A stretch of DNA of 64,000 nt, from contig CBDFKZ010000003.1 of assembly GCA_965248965.1 (NCBI GenBank), positions 501,306-565,305 on the forward strand, read 5' to 3'. The translations under genes were made by a program, and so were the position numbers. Below, piece by piece: positions 20,480-31,152 of this stretch (its first letter is position 1; each line of letters starts with the position of its first letter). Below the pieces are notes generated by a model, which was given only the letters and a program-made list of their open reading frames with translations, ran no database searches and was not told the DNA's origin. This DNA comes from Sphingomonas sp. (GTDB lineage: Bacteria > Pseudomonadota > Alphaproteobacteria > Sphingomonadales > Sphingomonadaceae).

Positions 20480-20528
20480 CGTATCAATTGACACGACCCG
20501 GTCAACTCCATATCGTTACATCTGATAC
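20480..20528. promoter_or_regulatory. Two putative MarR operators
   Basis: CGTATCAATTGACACG (20480-20495) and GTTACATCTGATAC (20515-20528): related imperfect dyads in the 75-bp divergent gap. Confidence 0.6.
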
Positions 20529-20546
20529 TATATCGGAGTGACGCGC

Positions 20547-21641
20547 ATGACCGACCTGTTCGAAAATCCCCTCGGCCTCGACGGGTTCGAGTTCGTCGAA
20601 TTCGCAGCGCCCGAGCGCGGCCTGCTGGAGCCCGTCTTCGCCGCCATGGGGTTCAGCCATGTCGCGCGGCACCGGTCGAAGGACGTCGACCTGTGGCGGC
20701 AGGGCGGCATCAACCTGATTGCCAATTACGAGCCCAAGTCGCCGGCCGCCTATTTCGCAGCCGAGCACGGGCCGTCGGCGTGCGGCATGGGGTTTCGCGT
20801 GCGCAATGCGCGTGCCGCCTATGACGCGGCGCTGGCTCGCGGCGCCGAGCCGGTCGAGACGCGCACCGGGCCGATGGAGTTGCGGCTGCCCGCGATCCGG
20901 GGGATCGGCGGCGCGATCATCTACCTGATCGACCGTTATGCGACGCTCGATAAGCCCGATGCGCTGTCGATCTACGACATCGACTTCGACTGGCTGCCGG
21001 GCGTCGACCGCGTGCCCGAGGGCGCCGGGTTCAAGCTGATCGATCACCTGACGCACAACGTCTATGGCGGGCGGATGGACCATTGGGCCAAGTTCTACGA
21101 GCGCATCTTCAACTTTCGCGAGATCCGCTATTTCGACATCAAGGGCGAGTATACCGGCCTTACCAGCCGCGCGATGACCGCGCCCGATGGCAAGATCCGC
21201 ATTCCGCTGAACGAGGAAGGCAAGCAGGGCGGCGGGCAGATCGAGGAATATCTGCGCGCGTACAACGGCGAGGGCATCCAGCACATCGCGCTGATCTGTG
21301 ACGACCTGATCGCCTGCATCGACCGGCTGCGCGCGAACGGCGTGCCGCTGATGGCGCCGCCGCCGGCCACCTATTATGCGCAGCTCGACGACCGCCTGCC
21401 GGGCCATGGCGAGCCGGTCGAGGAACTCAAGGCGCGCGGCATATTGCTCGACGGATCGACCGAGGGCGGCGACCCGCGGCTGCTGCTCCAGATTTTCGCG
21501 CAGGCGCAGATCGGGCCGGTGTTCTTCGAGTTCATCCAGCGCAAGAAGGACGAAGGGTTCGGTGAAGGCAATTTCACCGCGCTGTTCAAGAGCATCGAAG
21601 CCGACCAGCTCGAGCGCGGGGTGCTGGAGGGGGCGCAGTGA
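20547..21641 (+). CDS. hppD: 4-hydroxyphenylpyruvate dioxygenase
   Basis: [50 protein letters not shown]. Confidence 0.98.
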   Translation: MTDLFENPLGLDGFEFVEFAAPERGLLEPVFAAMGFSHVARHRSKDVDLWRQGGINLIANYEPKSPAAYFAAEHGPSACGMGFRVRNARAAYDAALARGAEPVETRTGPMELRLPAIRGIGGAIIYLIDRYATLDKPDALSIYDIDFDWLPGVDRVPEGAGFKLIDHLTHNVYGGRMDHWAKFYERIFNFREIRYFDIKGEYTGLTSRAMTAPDGKIRIPLNEEGKQGGGQIEEYLRAYNGEGIQHIALICDDLIACIDRLRANGVPLMAPPPATYYAQLDDRLPGHGEPVEELKARGILLDGSTEGGDPRLLLQIFAQAQIGPVFFEFIQRKKDEGFGEGNFTALFKSIEADQLERGVLEGAQ

Positions 21642-22363
21642 GCGGGGATCGTCTGAGGGAGCCCCTCCCCCTTGGGGGAGGGGTTGGGGTGGGGCAGTCA
21701 CGCGCCACCGGGACTGCGACTTCGGGAGAGAGACTGCCCCACCCCAACCCCTCCCCTGAAGGGGAGGGGCTTAGACGGCTGAACCCCTCCCCTGAAGGGG
21801 AGGGACTCAAGACTTTGCCCTTCACGCTCAACAAGATCCACCACGTCGCCTATCGCTGCCGCGACGCCAAGGAGACGGCGGACTGGTATGCGCGCATGCT
21901 GGGCATGACGTTCCAGACGGCGTTTTCCGAGGACCATGTGCCGTCGACCGGCGCATACGACCCGTACATGCACATCTTCCTCGACTGCGGCGGCGGCAAT
22001 GTGATCGCGTTCTTCGAGTTGCCCAAGCAGCCCGAAATGGGCCGCGACCCGAACACGCCCGAATGGGTGCAGCACATCGCGTTCCAGGTTGCCGATTTCG
22101 ACACGCTGAAGGCGGCGAAGGCGCACCTGGAAGCGCAGGGCGTCGACGTGCTGGGGCCGACCTATCACGGCATTTTCCGGTCGATCTATTTCTTCGACCC
22201 GAACGGCCACCGGCTGGAACTGGCGTGCGACATCGGCACGCCGGACCAATATGCCGAGCTGGCGCGGGTGGCGCCGCTGATGCTCGACGAATGGGTGCAG
22301 ACGAAGACCGCACCACGCCATGCCGACTGGCTGCATGTGGACCCGGGCTCGCTGGCGGAGTAG
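21638..22363 (+). CDS. VOC/glyoxalase family protein (start GTG 21638 through the repeat, or TTG 21815)
   Basis: [28 protein letters not shown] motifs. Confidence 0.9.
   Translation: MSGDRLREPLPLGGGVGVGQSRATGTATSGERLPHPNPSPEGEGLRRLNPSPEGEGLKTLPFTLNKIHHVAYRCRDAKETADWYARMLGMTFQTAFSEDHVPSTGAYDPYMHIFLDCGGGNVIAFFELPKQPEMGRDPNTPEWVQHIAFQVADFDTLKAAKAHLEAQGVDVLGPTYHGIFRSIYFFDPNGHRLELACDIGTPDQYAELARVAPLMLDEWVQTKTAPRHADWLHVDPGSLAE
21660..21805. repeat. REP/RPE-like cruciform palindromic element with duplicated terminal hairpin
   Basis: Three CCCCTCCCC-loop-GGGGAGGG(G) hairpins (21660-21685, 21746-21772, 21782-21805); GGGGTGGGGCAGTC pairs with GACTGCCCCACCCC. Confidence 0.9.
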
Positions 22364-22398
22364 GCCCTGGGCCGAACGATAAAATAGCGGAGAGAGCC

Positions 22399-23400
22399 TT
22401 GAAACTTGCCTCACTCAAGGGTGGTCGTGACGGCCGCCTCGTCGTCGTGTCGGACGACCTGGCCTGGTGCGCGGATGCCGATCATATCGTCCCGACGCTG
22501 CAAGGCGCGCTCGACGACTGGGACCGGGTGAAGCCGCTGCTCGAGGCCCTGGCGACCGACCTCAGCCATGAGGCGATCCCGATGCGGCGCTTTCACGAGC
22601 GCGACGCGGCGGCACCGTTGCCGCGCGCATTCCAGTGGGCCGACGGATCGGCCTATGTAAACCATGTCGCGCTGGTGCGGCAGGCGCGCGGGGCAGAAAT
22701 GCCCGAGACGTTCTGGCACGATCCGCTGGTGTACCAGGGCGGCAGCGACGGCTTTCTGGGACCGCGCGACGCGATCCCGCTCGCCAACGAAAGCTGGGGC
22801 TGCGACATGGAAGCCGAGGTCGTGGTCGTGACCGGCGACGTGCCGCAGGGAGCAAGCCGGGACGAGGCACTGGCGGCGATCCGGCTGGTGGGGCTGACCA
22901 ACGACGTGAGCCTGCGCAACCTGATCCCGGGCGAGCTCGGCAAGGGGTTCGGATTTTACCAGTCGAAGCCGGCGAGTGCGTTTTCGCCCGTCTTCGTGAC
23001 GCCCGACGCGCTGGGCGACGCCTGGGCAGACGGCAAGCTGCACGGCGCGCTGAAGGTCGATCTCAACGGCCAGCCGTTCGGGCGCGCCGATGCGGGCGTC
23101 GACATGACGTTCGATTTCGGCACGCTGATCGCGCATCTGGCGAAGACGCGGTCGCTGGGGGCGGGCACGATCGTGGGGTCGGGGACGGTGTCGAACCGTG
23201 ACGCCGACGGCGGGCCGGGCAAGCCGATCAGCGAGGGCGGCCACGGCTATTCGTGCATCGCCGAAGTGCGCACGGTAGAGACGATCCGGTCGGGCGCGGC
23301 GGTGACGCCTTTCCTGAAAAAGGGCGATACGGTGCGCATCTGGATGGACGATGCCAAGCACCATCCGGTCTTCGGGGTGATCGAACAGACGGTCGGCTAG
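22399..23400 (+). CDS. Fumarylacetoacetate hydrolase family protein
   Basis: MKLASLK...RDGRL, PRAFQWADGSAY, DMEAE, NDVSLR, GSGTVSN. Confidence 0.93.
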   Translation: MKLASLKGGRDGRLVVVSDDLAWCADADHIVPTLQGALDDWDRVKPLLEALATDLSHEAIPMRRFHERDAAAPLPRAFQWADGSAYVNHVALVRQARGAEMPETFWHDPLVYQGGSDGFLGPRDAIPLANESWGCDMEAEVVVVTGDVPQGASRDEALAAIRLVGLTNDVSLRNLIPGELGKGFGFYQSKPASAFSPVFVTPDALGDAWADGKLHGALKVDLNGQPFGRADAGVDMTFDFGTLIAHLAKTRSLGAGTIVGSGTVSNRDADGGPGKPISEGGHGYSCIAEVRTVETIRSGAAVTPFLKKGDTVRIWMDDAKHHPVFGVIEQTVG

Positions 23401-24398
23401 GTCCCGAGCGCGAGCAGCGCGAGCAGCGCGAACGTCGCGAGCCAGTGGCTCCCCATGTAATCGTCGTCGAGGTGCGGCAGGCTGGCGGCCAGGTGAAGGT
23501 CGGCTGACGCACGCGCCGGCGCGATGGCGGGATGCCCGGGCGGCAGCGCAGCGGCGATGGCGCGCCAGCACCACGCGCGCGACAGGTTGAGCCCGTCGAG
23601 ATGCGCGATCTTGCCGTCGCTGCGGTCGGAGACATGGGCGGGCGTGAAAAGCGTCGCGGGCGATCCGGCGGCAGCACGCGGCAGGAAGGCGTCGAACCAG
23701 ACGGCGAACGCGTCGGCCGGCAGGACGCGCGCCATCAGCAGCGCCTCGCACAAGGCCGACGACAGGAATTCGTCGCCGCCGGGCTCCCAGGCCTGGCAAT
23801 CGCGGTCCTCCGCGAACCAGTCGCGGGCGCGGGCGTCGACCAGGGTAACGAGATCGAGGTCGTGGTCGACCGCCCAGTCGCGGGCGAGCGTCAGGGCGAA
23901 GCTGCTGTTGAAGTGCGTGCCGACGCGGATCGGGTAGGTGAGCTTTGGCAGGTAGGTGCGGAACCCGGCGGCGATGACGCGGGCCAGCGGTTCGAGCGCG
24001 GCCGCCCAGCCTGCATCGTGCCGCGCCAGTTCGCCGTGCAGCGCCAGCGCCCAGGTCCAGCCATAGGGGCGCGAAAATCCGCTGCTCGACGGGCGCGACA
24101 GGTAATCGACTTCGCCCGCCACTTTCGCGGGGACGAGCATGACATCGGCGCGGGCGCGGATGGCCGGTGCCTGGGGCAGGTCCGGGAAGCGGCGGAGAAT
24201 GGTCATCACTTGCCACCAGCCATGAACGCAGCTGTGCCAGTCGAAACTGCCGTGGAAGATGGGGTGCACTTCGGCCGGAGCGCGGATGTCGCCCGGTCCG
24301 GCCAGGACATGGTCGGGCTTGTAGGGCCACTGCCGGCCGAGATGCCCGAGCGTGATCTGCGCGAAGCGGCCGGCGAGATCGGGCGAGAGGTAGCTCAC
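23397..24398 (-). CDS. DUF2891 family protein
   Basis: HPIFHGSFDWHSCVHG, RPYGWTW, IRVGTHFNS, WEPGGDEFLS, HLDGLNLSRAW, HWLATFA; GTGA overlap with DUF979. Confidence 0.88.
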   Translation of the reverse strand: MSYLSPDLAGRFAQITLGHLGRQWPYKPDHVLAGPGDIRAPAEVHPIFHGSFDWHSCVHGWWQVMTILRRFPDLPQAPAIRARADVMLVPAKVAGEVDYLSRPSSSGFSRPYGWTWALALHGELARHDAGWAAALEPLARVIAAGFRTYLPKLTYPIRVGTHFNSSFALTLARDWAVDHDLDLVTLVDARARDWFAEDRDCQAWEPGGDEFLSSALCEALLMARVLPADAFAVWFDAFLPRAAAGSPATLFTPAHVSDRSDGKIAHLDGLNLSRAWCWRAIAAALPPGHPAIAPARASADLHLAASLPHLDDDYMGSHWLATFALLALLALGT

Positions 24399-25336
24399 CG
24401 GAACGCCAGGAAATAAAGCAGGGCGATATTGACCGCGAGCAGGGGCAGGGCGGTGGCGACCTGTGCCTTGATCACGGCGTTCCTGTCCCTGAGTTCGAGC
24501 AGCGCGGCGGGGACGAGGTTGTAATTGGCGGCCATGGGCGTGAGCAGCGTGCCGCAAAAGCCGGCCAGCATGCCGATGGCCGCGACGATCGCCGGGTCGC
24601 CGCCATAGGTCCGCACGAGAAGCGGGATGCCGATGGCGCCGGCCATGACGGGGAAGGCGGCAAAGGCGTTGCCCATGATCATCGTGAACAGCGCCATGCC
24701 GAGGCCATAGGCCATGACGGCGCCGAATATGCTGCCCGCCGGAATGGCGTTTTCGGCAATGCCGCCGACGACGGTGCCGACGCCCGCGAGCGCGAAGACG
24801 GCACCGAGGCTTGCCAGCATCTGCGGCAGGACGGCGGCCCAGCCGACCCCGTCCATCAGGCGGCGCCCTTCGTGGAACGGCGTGGCGGGGCGGGGGCGGA
24901 GCCAGGCGTAGTTGGTGGCGATGGCAACCAGCGTGCCCAGGGTCAGCGCGACGAGCGTCGTCTGCTTGGGGTCTACCAGTCCGGGCAACTGCTTGAACGC
25001 GAAGGTGCCGAGCAGGGCGACGGCGGGGATGATCAGCGCCGGGAGGAAGAGCCGGTTGCCACGCCGCGCCGCCTCCACGGCGCGTTGTTCGGGGCTGGTG
25101 GTGGCGCCTGCACCCTTGCCCATGGCGCCGCTGCCCGCGATGGCGACGAGGCCGAGCACGAGGACCCCGTTGCCGAGATTGCCGAGCCGGTCGCCGAACA
25201 GGAAACTGGTCGCGATGAGGGCGTAGAAGGCGGCATTGCCCCAGCGTTTCGGGTTGGTCGCATCACGTGCGCTGAACAGCGCGAAGGCGCCGAAGGTGAG
25301 CCCGGCCACCAGGTAGATCAGGTTCAGGCCGATCAT
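24395..25336 (-). CDS. DUF979 membrane protein (predicted 5-oxoproline transporter subunit)
   Basis: LPQMLASLG, FTMIMGNAFAAFPV, GFCGTLLTPMAANYN. Confidence 0.9.
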   Translation of the reverse strand: MIGLNLIYLVAGLTFGAFALFSARDATNPKRWGNAAFYALIATSFLFGDRLGNLGNGVLVLGLVAIAGSGAMGKGAGATTSPEQRAVEAARRGNRLFLPALIIPAVALLGTFAFKQLPGLVDPKQTTLVALTLGTLVAIATNYAWLRPRPATPFHEGRRLMDGVGWAAVLPQMLASLGAVFALAGVGTVVGGIAENAIPAGSIFGAVMAYGLGMALFTMIMGNAFAAFPVMAGAIGIPLLVRTYGGDPAIVAAIGMLAGFCGTLLTPMAANYNLVPAALLELRDRNAVIKAQVATALPLLAVNIALLYFLAFR

Positions 25337-25998
25337 CGCCGCGCGTCCCGGGCGAGGCGCCGGTCGAACAGCAGCAACCGGGTTCCGTGGATGAGCAGCG
25401 CGGCGATGGCGGTAGGGATCGCCCAGACCGAAAGCTGCAGGGGCTCGACCATGATGCCATATCCTTCGAGCACGCCCTTCATCAGCAGGATCGAGCCGAT
25501 GGCGATGAAGATGTCCTCGCCGAAGAACACGCCGATGTTGTCGGTGGCGGCGGCCATGGCGGGGACACGGTCGTCGCCCCGGTCGCGGTCGGGATACTGC
25601 TTGTCGGCGGCGGCCTCTGCCATCGGGGCGACGAGCGGGCGGACCGTCTGGGCGTGACCGGCAATCGAGATCAGGCCAAGCGCGGCGGTGAGCTGGCGAA
25701 AGACCAGATAGGCAAGCAGCAGGCGCCCGACGGTGGCGCCGCGCAGTTTTTCGATGAGGTCGCGGGCGCGCTGCTGCAGGCCGTGGCGTTCGAGCAGGCC
25801 GATGACGGGCAGGACGATGTAGATGACGGTGACGTAGCGGCTGTCGTTGAACGCCTTTCCGAAGGCCGCAACGATGGCGAGCGGGTCGAGCCCGGCGGCA
25901 AGCCCGGTGACCAGCGCGGAGACGGTGACGACCAGCAGCGGATTGAAGCGCAGCAGGAAGCCGGCGACGATTACCCCGATGCCCGCGAGCACCAGCAT
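25333..25998 (-). CDS. DUF969 membrane protein (predicted 5-oxoproline transporter subunit)
   Basis: RFNPLLVV, GLLERHGL, GHAQTVRPLVAPMAE, DNIGVFFGED. Confidence 0.9.
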   Translation of the reverse strand: MLVLAGIGVIVAGFLLRFNPLLVVTVSALVTGLAAGLDPLAIVAAFGKAFNDSRYVTVIYIVLPVIGLLERHGLQQRARDLIEKLRGATVGRLLLAYLVFRQLTAALGLISIAGHAQTVRPLVAPMAEAAADKQYPDRDRGDDRVPAMAAATDNIGVFFGEDIFIAIGSILLMKGVLEGYGIMVEPLQLSVWAIPTAIAALLIHGTRLLLFDRRLARDARR

Positions 25999-28900
25999 CA
26001 GGCGACCTTCCCGAAGCCGCCGCCGCCGGGCGTTTCGATGACGAAGACGTCGCCCGGGGCCATTTCGACGCTTGCCGTGGCGCCGAGCAGCTCGACGGTG
26101 CCGTCGCTGCGCTCGACGCGATTGATGCCCGTCCGGCCCGCGCCGCCGCCGGCCAGCCCGAAGGGCGGCACGCGCCGGTGATTGGACAGGATGCCCGCGT
26201 CCATGGCCTCGCGGAAAAGGATGCGGCGCACGACGCCGTTGCCGCCCCGGTGCGCGCCGGTACCGCCCGATCCGGCGCGGATCGCAAAGCTTTCGACGAG
26301 GACGGGGAATCGTGTCTCGAGGATCTCGGGGTCGGTGAGGCGGCTGTTGGTCATGTGCGTCTGCACGGCATCGGTGCCGTCGAAGCCCGGCCCCGCACCC
26401 GAGCCGCCGGCGATCGTCTCGTAATATTGGTGGCGCGCGTTGCCGAAGGTGAAGTTGTTCATCGTTCCCTGCGACCCCGCCAGTGCGCCGAGCGCGCCGA
26501 ACAGCGTGTCGGTAATGACCTGGCTCGTCTCGACATTGCCGGCAACCACGGCGGCATCGGGGCCGGGGTTGAGCATCGACCCGACCGGGACGCGGATGGT
26601 CACGGGGCGCAGGAAGCCGTCGTTGAGCGGGACCGGCGTGTCGATCAAGGTCCGCAGCACGTAAAGCACGGCGGCACGTACGACCGCGACGGGGGCGTTG
26701 AAATTGCTGGTTTGCTGTGGGCTCGTTCCGGCGAAGTCGATGTCGAGCGTGGCGTCTTCGCCGACGGTGACGTTCGCCCGCACGACCGATCCGTCGTCGA
26801 GTTCATAGGCGAAGCTGCCGCTCGACAGCGTCGGGATCAGGCGGCGGACGATGTCCTCGGCGTGATCCTGGACATGATCCATATAGGCGCGGACGACGGG
26901 CGCCCCGTAAAGCCCGCAGGCATCGAGCAGGCCCTGGGCCCCGCGCGCACAGGCCGCCGCCTGCGCGGCGAGGTCGGCGATGTTCATGTCGATGTTGCGC
27001 GCCGGACAGGGGCCCGACCCGAGCAGCGCGCGCGTCTCGGCTTCGCGCAGCAGCGCGTTCTCGACGAGCAGGAAATTGTCGAAGATGATGCCTTCCTGAT
27101 CGAGCCGCGTGCTGTCGGGGGGCATGGAGCCGGGGCTGATTCCGCCGATGTCGGCATGGTGCCCGCGCGCGGCGACGAAGAAGTCCGGCGTCGCGCTGTC
27201 GTCGCCGGCGAAGACCGGCTGGATCACGGTGATATCGGGCAAGTGGGTGCCCCCGTCATAGGGGGCGTTGAGCGCGTACACGTCGCCGCGACGGATGCCG
27301 CGCCCGTCGTCGGCGCGTCGGCGCAGGATGGCGCGAATGCTTTCGCCCATCGAACCGAGGTGGACCGGAATATGGGGCGCATTGGCAATCAGCGCGCCGT
27401 CGCCGGCGAACACCGCGCACGAGAAGTCGAGCCGCTCGCGGATGTTGACCGACGAGGCGCTGTGGCGGAGTGCCGCGCCCATTTCCTCGGCAATGCCCAT
27501 GAACATGCCGGCAAAGATCTCAAGGCGCGCCGGGTCGCGCACGGTGCCGATGGCGACGACGCTGCGCGCCGCCGCGCCCTTGAGGATCAGCACGCCGTCC
27601 GGATCCACCGTGGCGGTCCAGCCGGGCTCGACCATCGTCGTCGCCACGGGGTCGACGATCAGCGCGGGTCCCGGGATGGTCGCGGCTGCAGCAAGCTCGC
27701 TGCGGTTGAACACGGGCACGGGGCGACGCCGACCCTCGTGCCACATGTCGACCGTTTCGACGGGTGGGGCGCTGGCAGCGGGCAGGGGCGTTGCCGCCAA
27801 GTCCTTCGCGCCCGGCGACACGGCCTCGGCCCGCAGTGCGTCGACGACCAGCGTGCCCGCGTCGGCATAGCCGAAGCGCCGGCGGAACGCCGCGGTGAAG
27901 GCGGACGTCATGGCATCGACGGCGCCGAGCGGGATGTCGAAGCTGCTGTCGGATCCCTGGGTCCGCAAAAGGGCCGTGATCTCGACAGCGATGCCCGCCT
28001 CGTCCAGGCCCTGAGCGACGAGAGCATCGCGGGCCTCGGCAGCCAGTGCCGCCGCCTCGCGCTCGATGGCCGGCAGGGTCAGTGCGGAGAGGGGCATCGC
28101 GAGCGTGCGCTCACGCAAGACGCGCCGGTCCGCCAGACCCATGCCATAGGCCGACAATACCCCGGCGAGCGGATGGACCAGGACCGTGTCGATGCCCAGC
28201 GTCTCGGCGACCAAGCAGGCGTGCTGTCCGCCGGCGCCACCGAAACAGGCAAGCGCGAAACGGGCGACGTCATGGCCCCGTGCAATCGAAATCGCGCGGA
28301 TGGCGTTGGCCATGTCGGCCACGGCAATGCGAACGAAGCCTTCGGCGATATCCTCGACCGCGGTGCCGCCCATCGCTTCGGCGACTTCGCGCACCCGCGC
28401 AAACGAAGCAGCGGCGTCCAACGGCGCGTCGCGTGCCGGGCCGAACACCATCGGAAAATGCCGTCCCTGCAACTTGCCGAGCACGACATTGCAGTCGGTG
28501 ATCGTCAGCGGCCCGCCGCGGCGATAGCAGGCCGGGCCGGGATCGGCCCCGGCCGAGGCCGGACCTACGGCCAGCCGCCCGTCCTCGTACCGGCAGATCG
28601 AGCCACCGCCAGCCGCCACGGTATGGATCCGCAACATCGGCGCGCGAATGCGGACGCCCGCGACGATCGTCTCGTTGTCGCGTTCGTAGCGGTCGGCATA
28701 GAGCGAGACGTCGGTCGACGTGCCGCCCATGTCGAACCCGATGACCCGGTCGAACCCGGCGCAGGCCGAGGTTTGCGCCATGCCGACGATACCGCCGGCC
28801 GGGCCCGAAAGGATCGCGTCCTTGCCCTGGAAATGACGTCCCGGCGTGAGGCCGCCGTTCGACTGCATGTACAGCGGCTCGGCGCCGGCGAGTGCCGCCT

Positions 28901-29579
28901 CCAAGCCGTCGACATAGCGGCGAAGCACGCGCGACAGATAGGCGTCGACCACGCTGGTGTCGCCACGCCCGACAAGCTTCGCCAGCGCGCTGACCCGGTG
29001 GCTGACCGACACCTGGGTAAAGCCGATCTCGGTCGCGAGGTCGGCGAGTGCCGCCTCATGGGCGATGTGGCGGTAGCCGTGCATGAGCACGATCGCGACC
29101 GCGCGCAGCCCGCGCGCGTAAGCCGCCGTCAGCAGGGGACGCGTCGCCGCCAGGTCAAGCGGCACGAGCACTTTGCCTTCAGCCGTGACGCGCTCGTCGA
29201 TTTCCGCCACTTCCGCGAACAGCGGCATCGGGCGGACGATGTGCCGCGCGAAGATGTCAGGCCGGTCCTGCGTTCCGATGACCAGCGCATCGCCGAAGCC
29301 GCGCGTGATGATCAGCAGCACCGGTTCGCCGGTACGCTCGAGAAGCGCGTTGGTGGCGATCGTGGTGCCGAGGCGTATGTCGAGTGGCGGCAGGGGCCCC
29401 GAGGGCGTTTCGGTCAGGTCGCGGATAGCGGCGACGGCCGCGTCGTCATAGCGCCCGGGATCGACCGAGAGCAGTTTGGCGACACGAGACTCGCCTGTGG
29501 GTGTCCGCGCAATCACATCCGTGAACGTGCCGCCCCGGTCTATCCAGAAACTCCAGCGGGGTTGAGGGGCGGATGGCAC
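25998..29579 (-). CDS. ATP-dependent 5-oxoprolinase (fused hydantoinase A/B)
   Basis: [71 protein letters not shown]; 1193 aa. Confidence 0.95.
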   Translation of the reverse strand: MPSAPQPRWSFWIDRGGTFTDVIARTPTGESRVAKLLSVDPGRYDDAAVAAIRDLTETPSGPLPPLDIRLGTTIATNALLERTGEPVLLIITRGFGDALVIGTQDRPDIFARHIVRPMPLFAEVAEIDERVTAEGKVLVPLDLAATRPLLTAAYARGLRAVAIVLMHGYRHIAHEAALADLATEIGFTQVSVSHRVSALAKLVGRGDTSVVDAYLSRVLRRYVDGLEAALAGAEPLYMQSNGGLTPGRHFQGKDAILSGPAGGIVGMAQTSACAGFDRVIGFDMGGTSTDVSLYADRYERDNETIVAGVRIRAPMLRIHTVAAGGGSICRYEDGRLAVGPASAGADPGPACYRRGGPLTITDCNVVLGKLQGRHFPMVFGPARDAPLDAAASFARVREVAEAMGGTAVEDIAEGFVRIAVADMANAIRAISIARGHDVARFALACFGGAGGQHACLVAETLGIDTVLVHPLAGVLSAYGMGLADRRVLRERTLAMPLSALTLPAIEREAAALAAEARDALVAQGLDEAGIAVEITALLRTQGSDSSFDIPLGAVDAMTSAFTAAFRRRFGYADAGTLVVDALRAEAVSPGAKDLAATPLPAASAPPVETVDMWHEGRRRPVPVFNRSELAAAATIPGPALIVDPVATTMVEPGWTATVDPDGVLILKGAAARSVVAIGTVRDPARLEIFAGMFMGIAEEMGAALRHSASSVNIRERLDFSCAVFAGDGALIANAPHIPVHLGSMGESIRAILRRRADDGRGIRRGDVYALNAPYDGGTHLPDITVIQPVFAGDDSATPDFFVAARGHHADIGGISPGSMPPDSTRLDQEGIIFDNFLLVENALLREAETRALLGSGPCPARNIDMNIADLAAQAAACARGAQGLLDACGLYGAPVVRAYMDHVQDHAEDIVRRLIPTLSSGSFAYELDDGSVVRANVTVGEDATLDIDFAGTSPQQTSNFNAPVAVVRAAVLYVLRTLIDTPVPLNDGFLRPVTIRVPVGSMLNPGPDAAVVAGNVETSQVITDTLFGALGALAGSQGTMNNFTFGNARHQYYETIAGGSGAGPGFDGTDAVQTHMTNSRLTDPEILETRFPVLVESFAIRAGSGGTGAHRGGNGVVRRILFREAMDAGILSNHRRVPPFGLAGGGAGRTGINRVERSDGTVELLGATASVEMAPGDVFVIETPGGGGFGKVA

Positions 29580-30440
29580 TTATCCAGATAACGGCATTCG
29601 CCGCGGCATGGGAAGTGCCGATGCCCGACAAACGATGTCGACCCCGGCGATGGCTCAGGCGACATGCGCTGCGCCCGGGAAAAACATCGCGGCTGATTAT
29701 CGGATCGCCACGCACGCCAAGACCCTATGATCGCCGGCGGAAAGGTGGTAGCGTTCTCAACAAGGGCCGCGTTCGATAAACCAGATTTGGAGCAGAGGGC
29801 GCCCGCCGGCATCAGCCCGGCCTGTCGCACCCTGTCGGAAGTCTGTCTGCAGGGGGCCCGAAGCATGTGCGCACCTATTTCTGTCGCGTCGGTCGGTATG
29901 ACGTCCTGTCTCGAGCGCAGCGTTGCAGGCGCTGGAATTCCGGGACGTCTCGAACGGACTGCGTCTTCGCGGCGCCGGCCCAAGGCGCCCCAATGTTAAG
30001 GCGTTTTTGCGGTGATGCCGACGCAGCTGCGCAGGAATTCGCGTCACGCATGCCGATGCGCGTCGATCATGCTATATATATAGGAGAAACCGTGACGGTC
30101 CCGAAGCTTGGCCGGTACGGCTTAACATAGGTAATTTCCGAAGCTTTTCGCTGCCACCAAGACCGTCTATTCCCAATGATGGACCTAATGTGGCAGGGCA
30201 ATAAAAAGGGGCCGACTTCGTAGTAAAATCCGTTGTCAATCGCGAGTTTAGTCTGAATCGAAACTTGTTACATCGTATTCGGATCTCAACTCATACCGTT
30301 ATACGTATTTATAGATTTACCTCTGTTCCGCCCGTGTTGTATAGTCGATGTAGCAATTGACGAACATGATACATGACTGGCTCGGTAAGCGGGATTAATC
30401 TGTTGAAGAACTTAGGGAATTCAACTTGTTGTGCAGTCAG

Positions 30441-31106
30441 TTGACCAATTGCGAGAAGCCGGTTCAGGTATCGCGAAGCGTCTATGTGATCGACGATAAC
30501 GCTGACGTCCGCAAATCCTTGCACTTCCTGTTATCCGTATCGTCGATCACGGCGTGGCCCTTCGCTACCGCGACCGATTTCATCGAACAGCTTCCCGAGC
30601 TGGTGCCCGGACCCATTCTTCTCGACGTCCGCATGCCGCAGATCGATGGCCTCGAGATGCTGTCGATGCTCAAGGAGCGCGCGGTCGACTGGCCCGTCAT
30701 CGTGATGACGGCGCACAGCGATGTGCGCATTGCCGTCGGTGCGATGAAGCTGGGCGCGATCGACTTTCTCGAGAAGCCGTTCAAGACAGAACTGCTCGAA
30801 AAAGTGCTCGACCAGGCGTTCTCGCTCATCGATCAGGCAGACGGCACGCTCCGCCTGCGCGCAGAGGCGCGCGAGCGTTTTGACCGGCTGTCGCGGCGCG
30901 AACGCGAGGTCATGGCCAGCCTTGCCGATGGTGCGCCGAACAAGGTGGCCGCGCGCGAGCTGGGTCTCAGCGCCCGCACGGTCGAGATGCACCGGGCAAA
31001 TGCGCTGGGCAAGCTGGGCCTGAAGAGCATCGCCGAAGTCGTGAAGCTGGAAGTCGCGGCCGGTTTTCTCGACCGCTCCCTCAGATCGCAGAACAGCCTC
31101 AACTAG
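30441..31106 (+). CDS. FixJ/NarL-like response regulator
   Basis: VIDD, LLDVRMP phospho-Asp, FLEKPF, LSRRERE...NKVAA...TVEMHR LuxR HTH. Confidence 0.93.
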   Translation: MTNCEKPVQVSRSVYVIDDNADVRKSLHFLLSVSSITAWPFATATDFIEQLPELVPGPILLDVRMPQIDGLEMLSMLKERAVDWPVIVMTAHSDVRIAVGAMKLGAIDFLEKPFKTELLEKVLDQAFSLIDQADGTLRLRAEARERFDRLSRREREVMASLADGAPNKVAARELGLSARTVEMHRANALGKLGLKSIAEVVKLEVAAGFLDRSLRSQNSLN

Positions 31107-31152
31107 CGGTTCGACGTCCTGCCGGTGATGTCGAGCGGTTTGCGTCGGCGGA

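Noticed and set aside
21660-21805. CRISPR array
   Set aside because: These are palindromic REP-like hairpins without regular repeat-spacer periodicity; no cas genes and no array anywhere in the window.
26178-29591. 1137-aa plus-strand ORF and similar long antisense ORFs (e.g. 8108-9568, 14113-15516, 42244-44004, 58565-60028, 61963-63969)
   Set aside because: They are shadows of well-supported genes on the opposite strand, expected in high-GC DNA, and carry no recognisable motifs.
29757-30130. Small ORFs 29757-30047 (-), 29727-29999 (+) and 29867-30130 (+)
   Set aside because: They overlap each other, lack clear RBSs and look non-protein-like; not called as genes.
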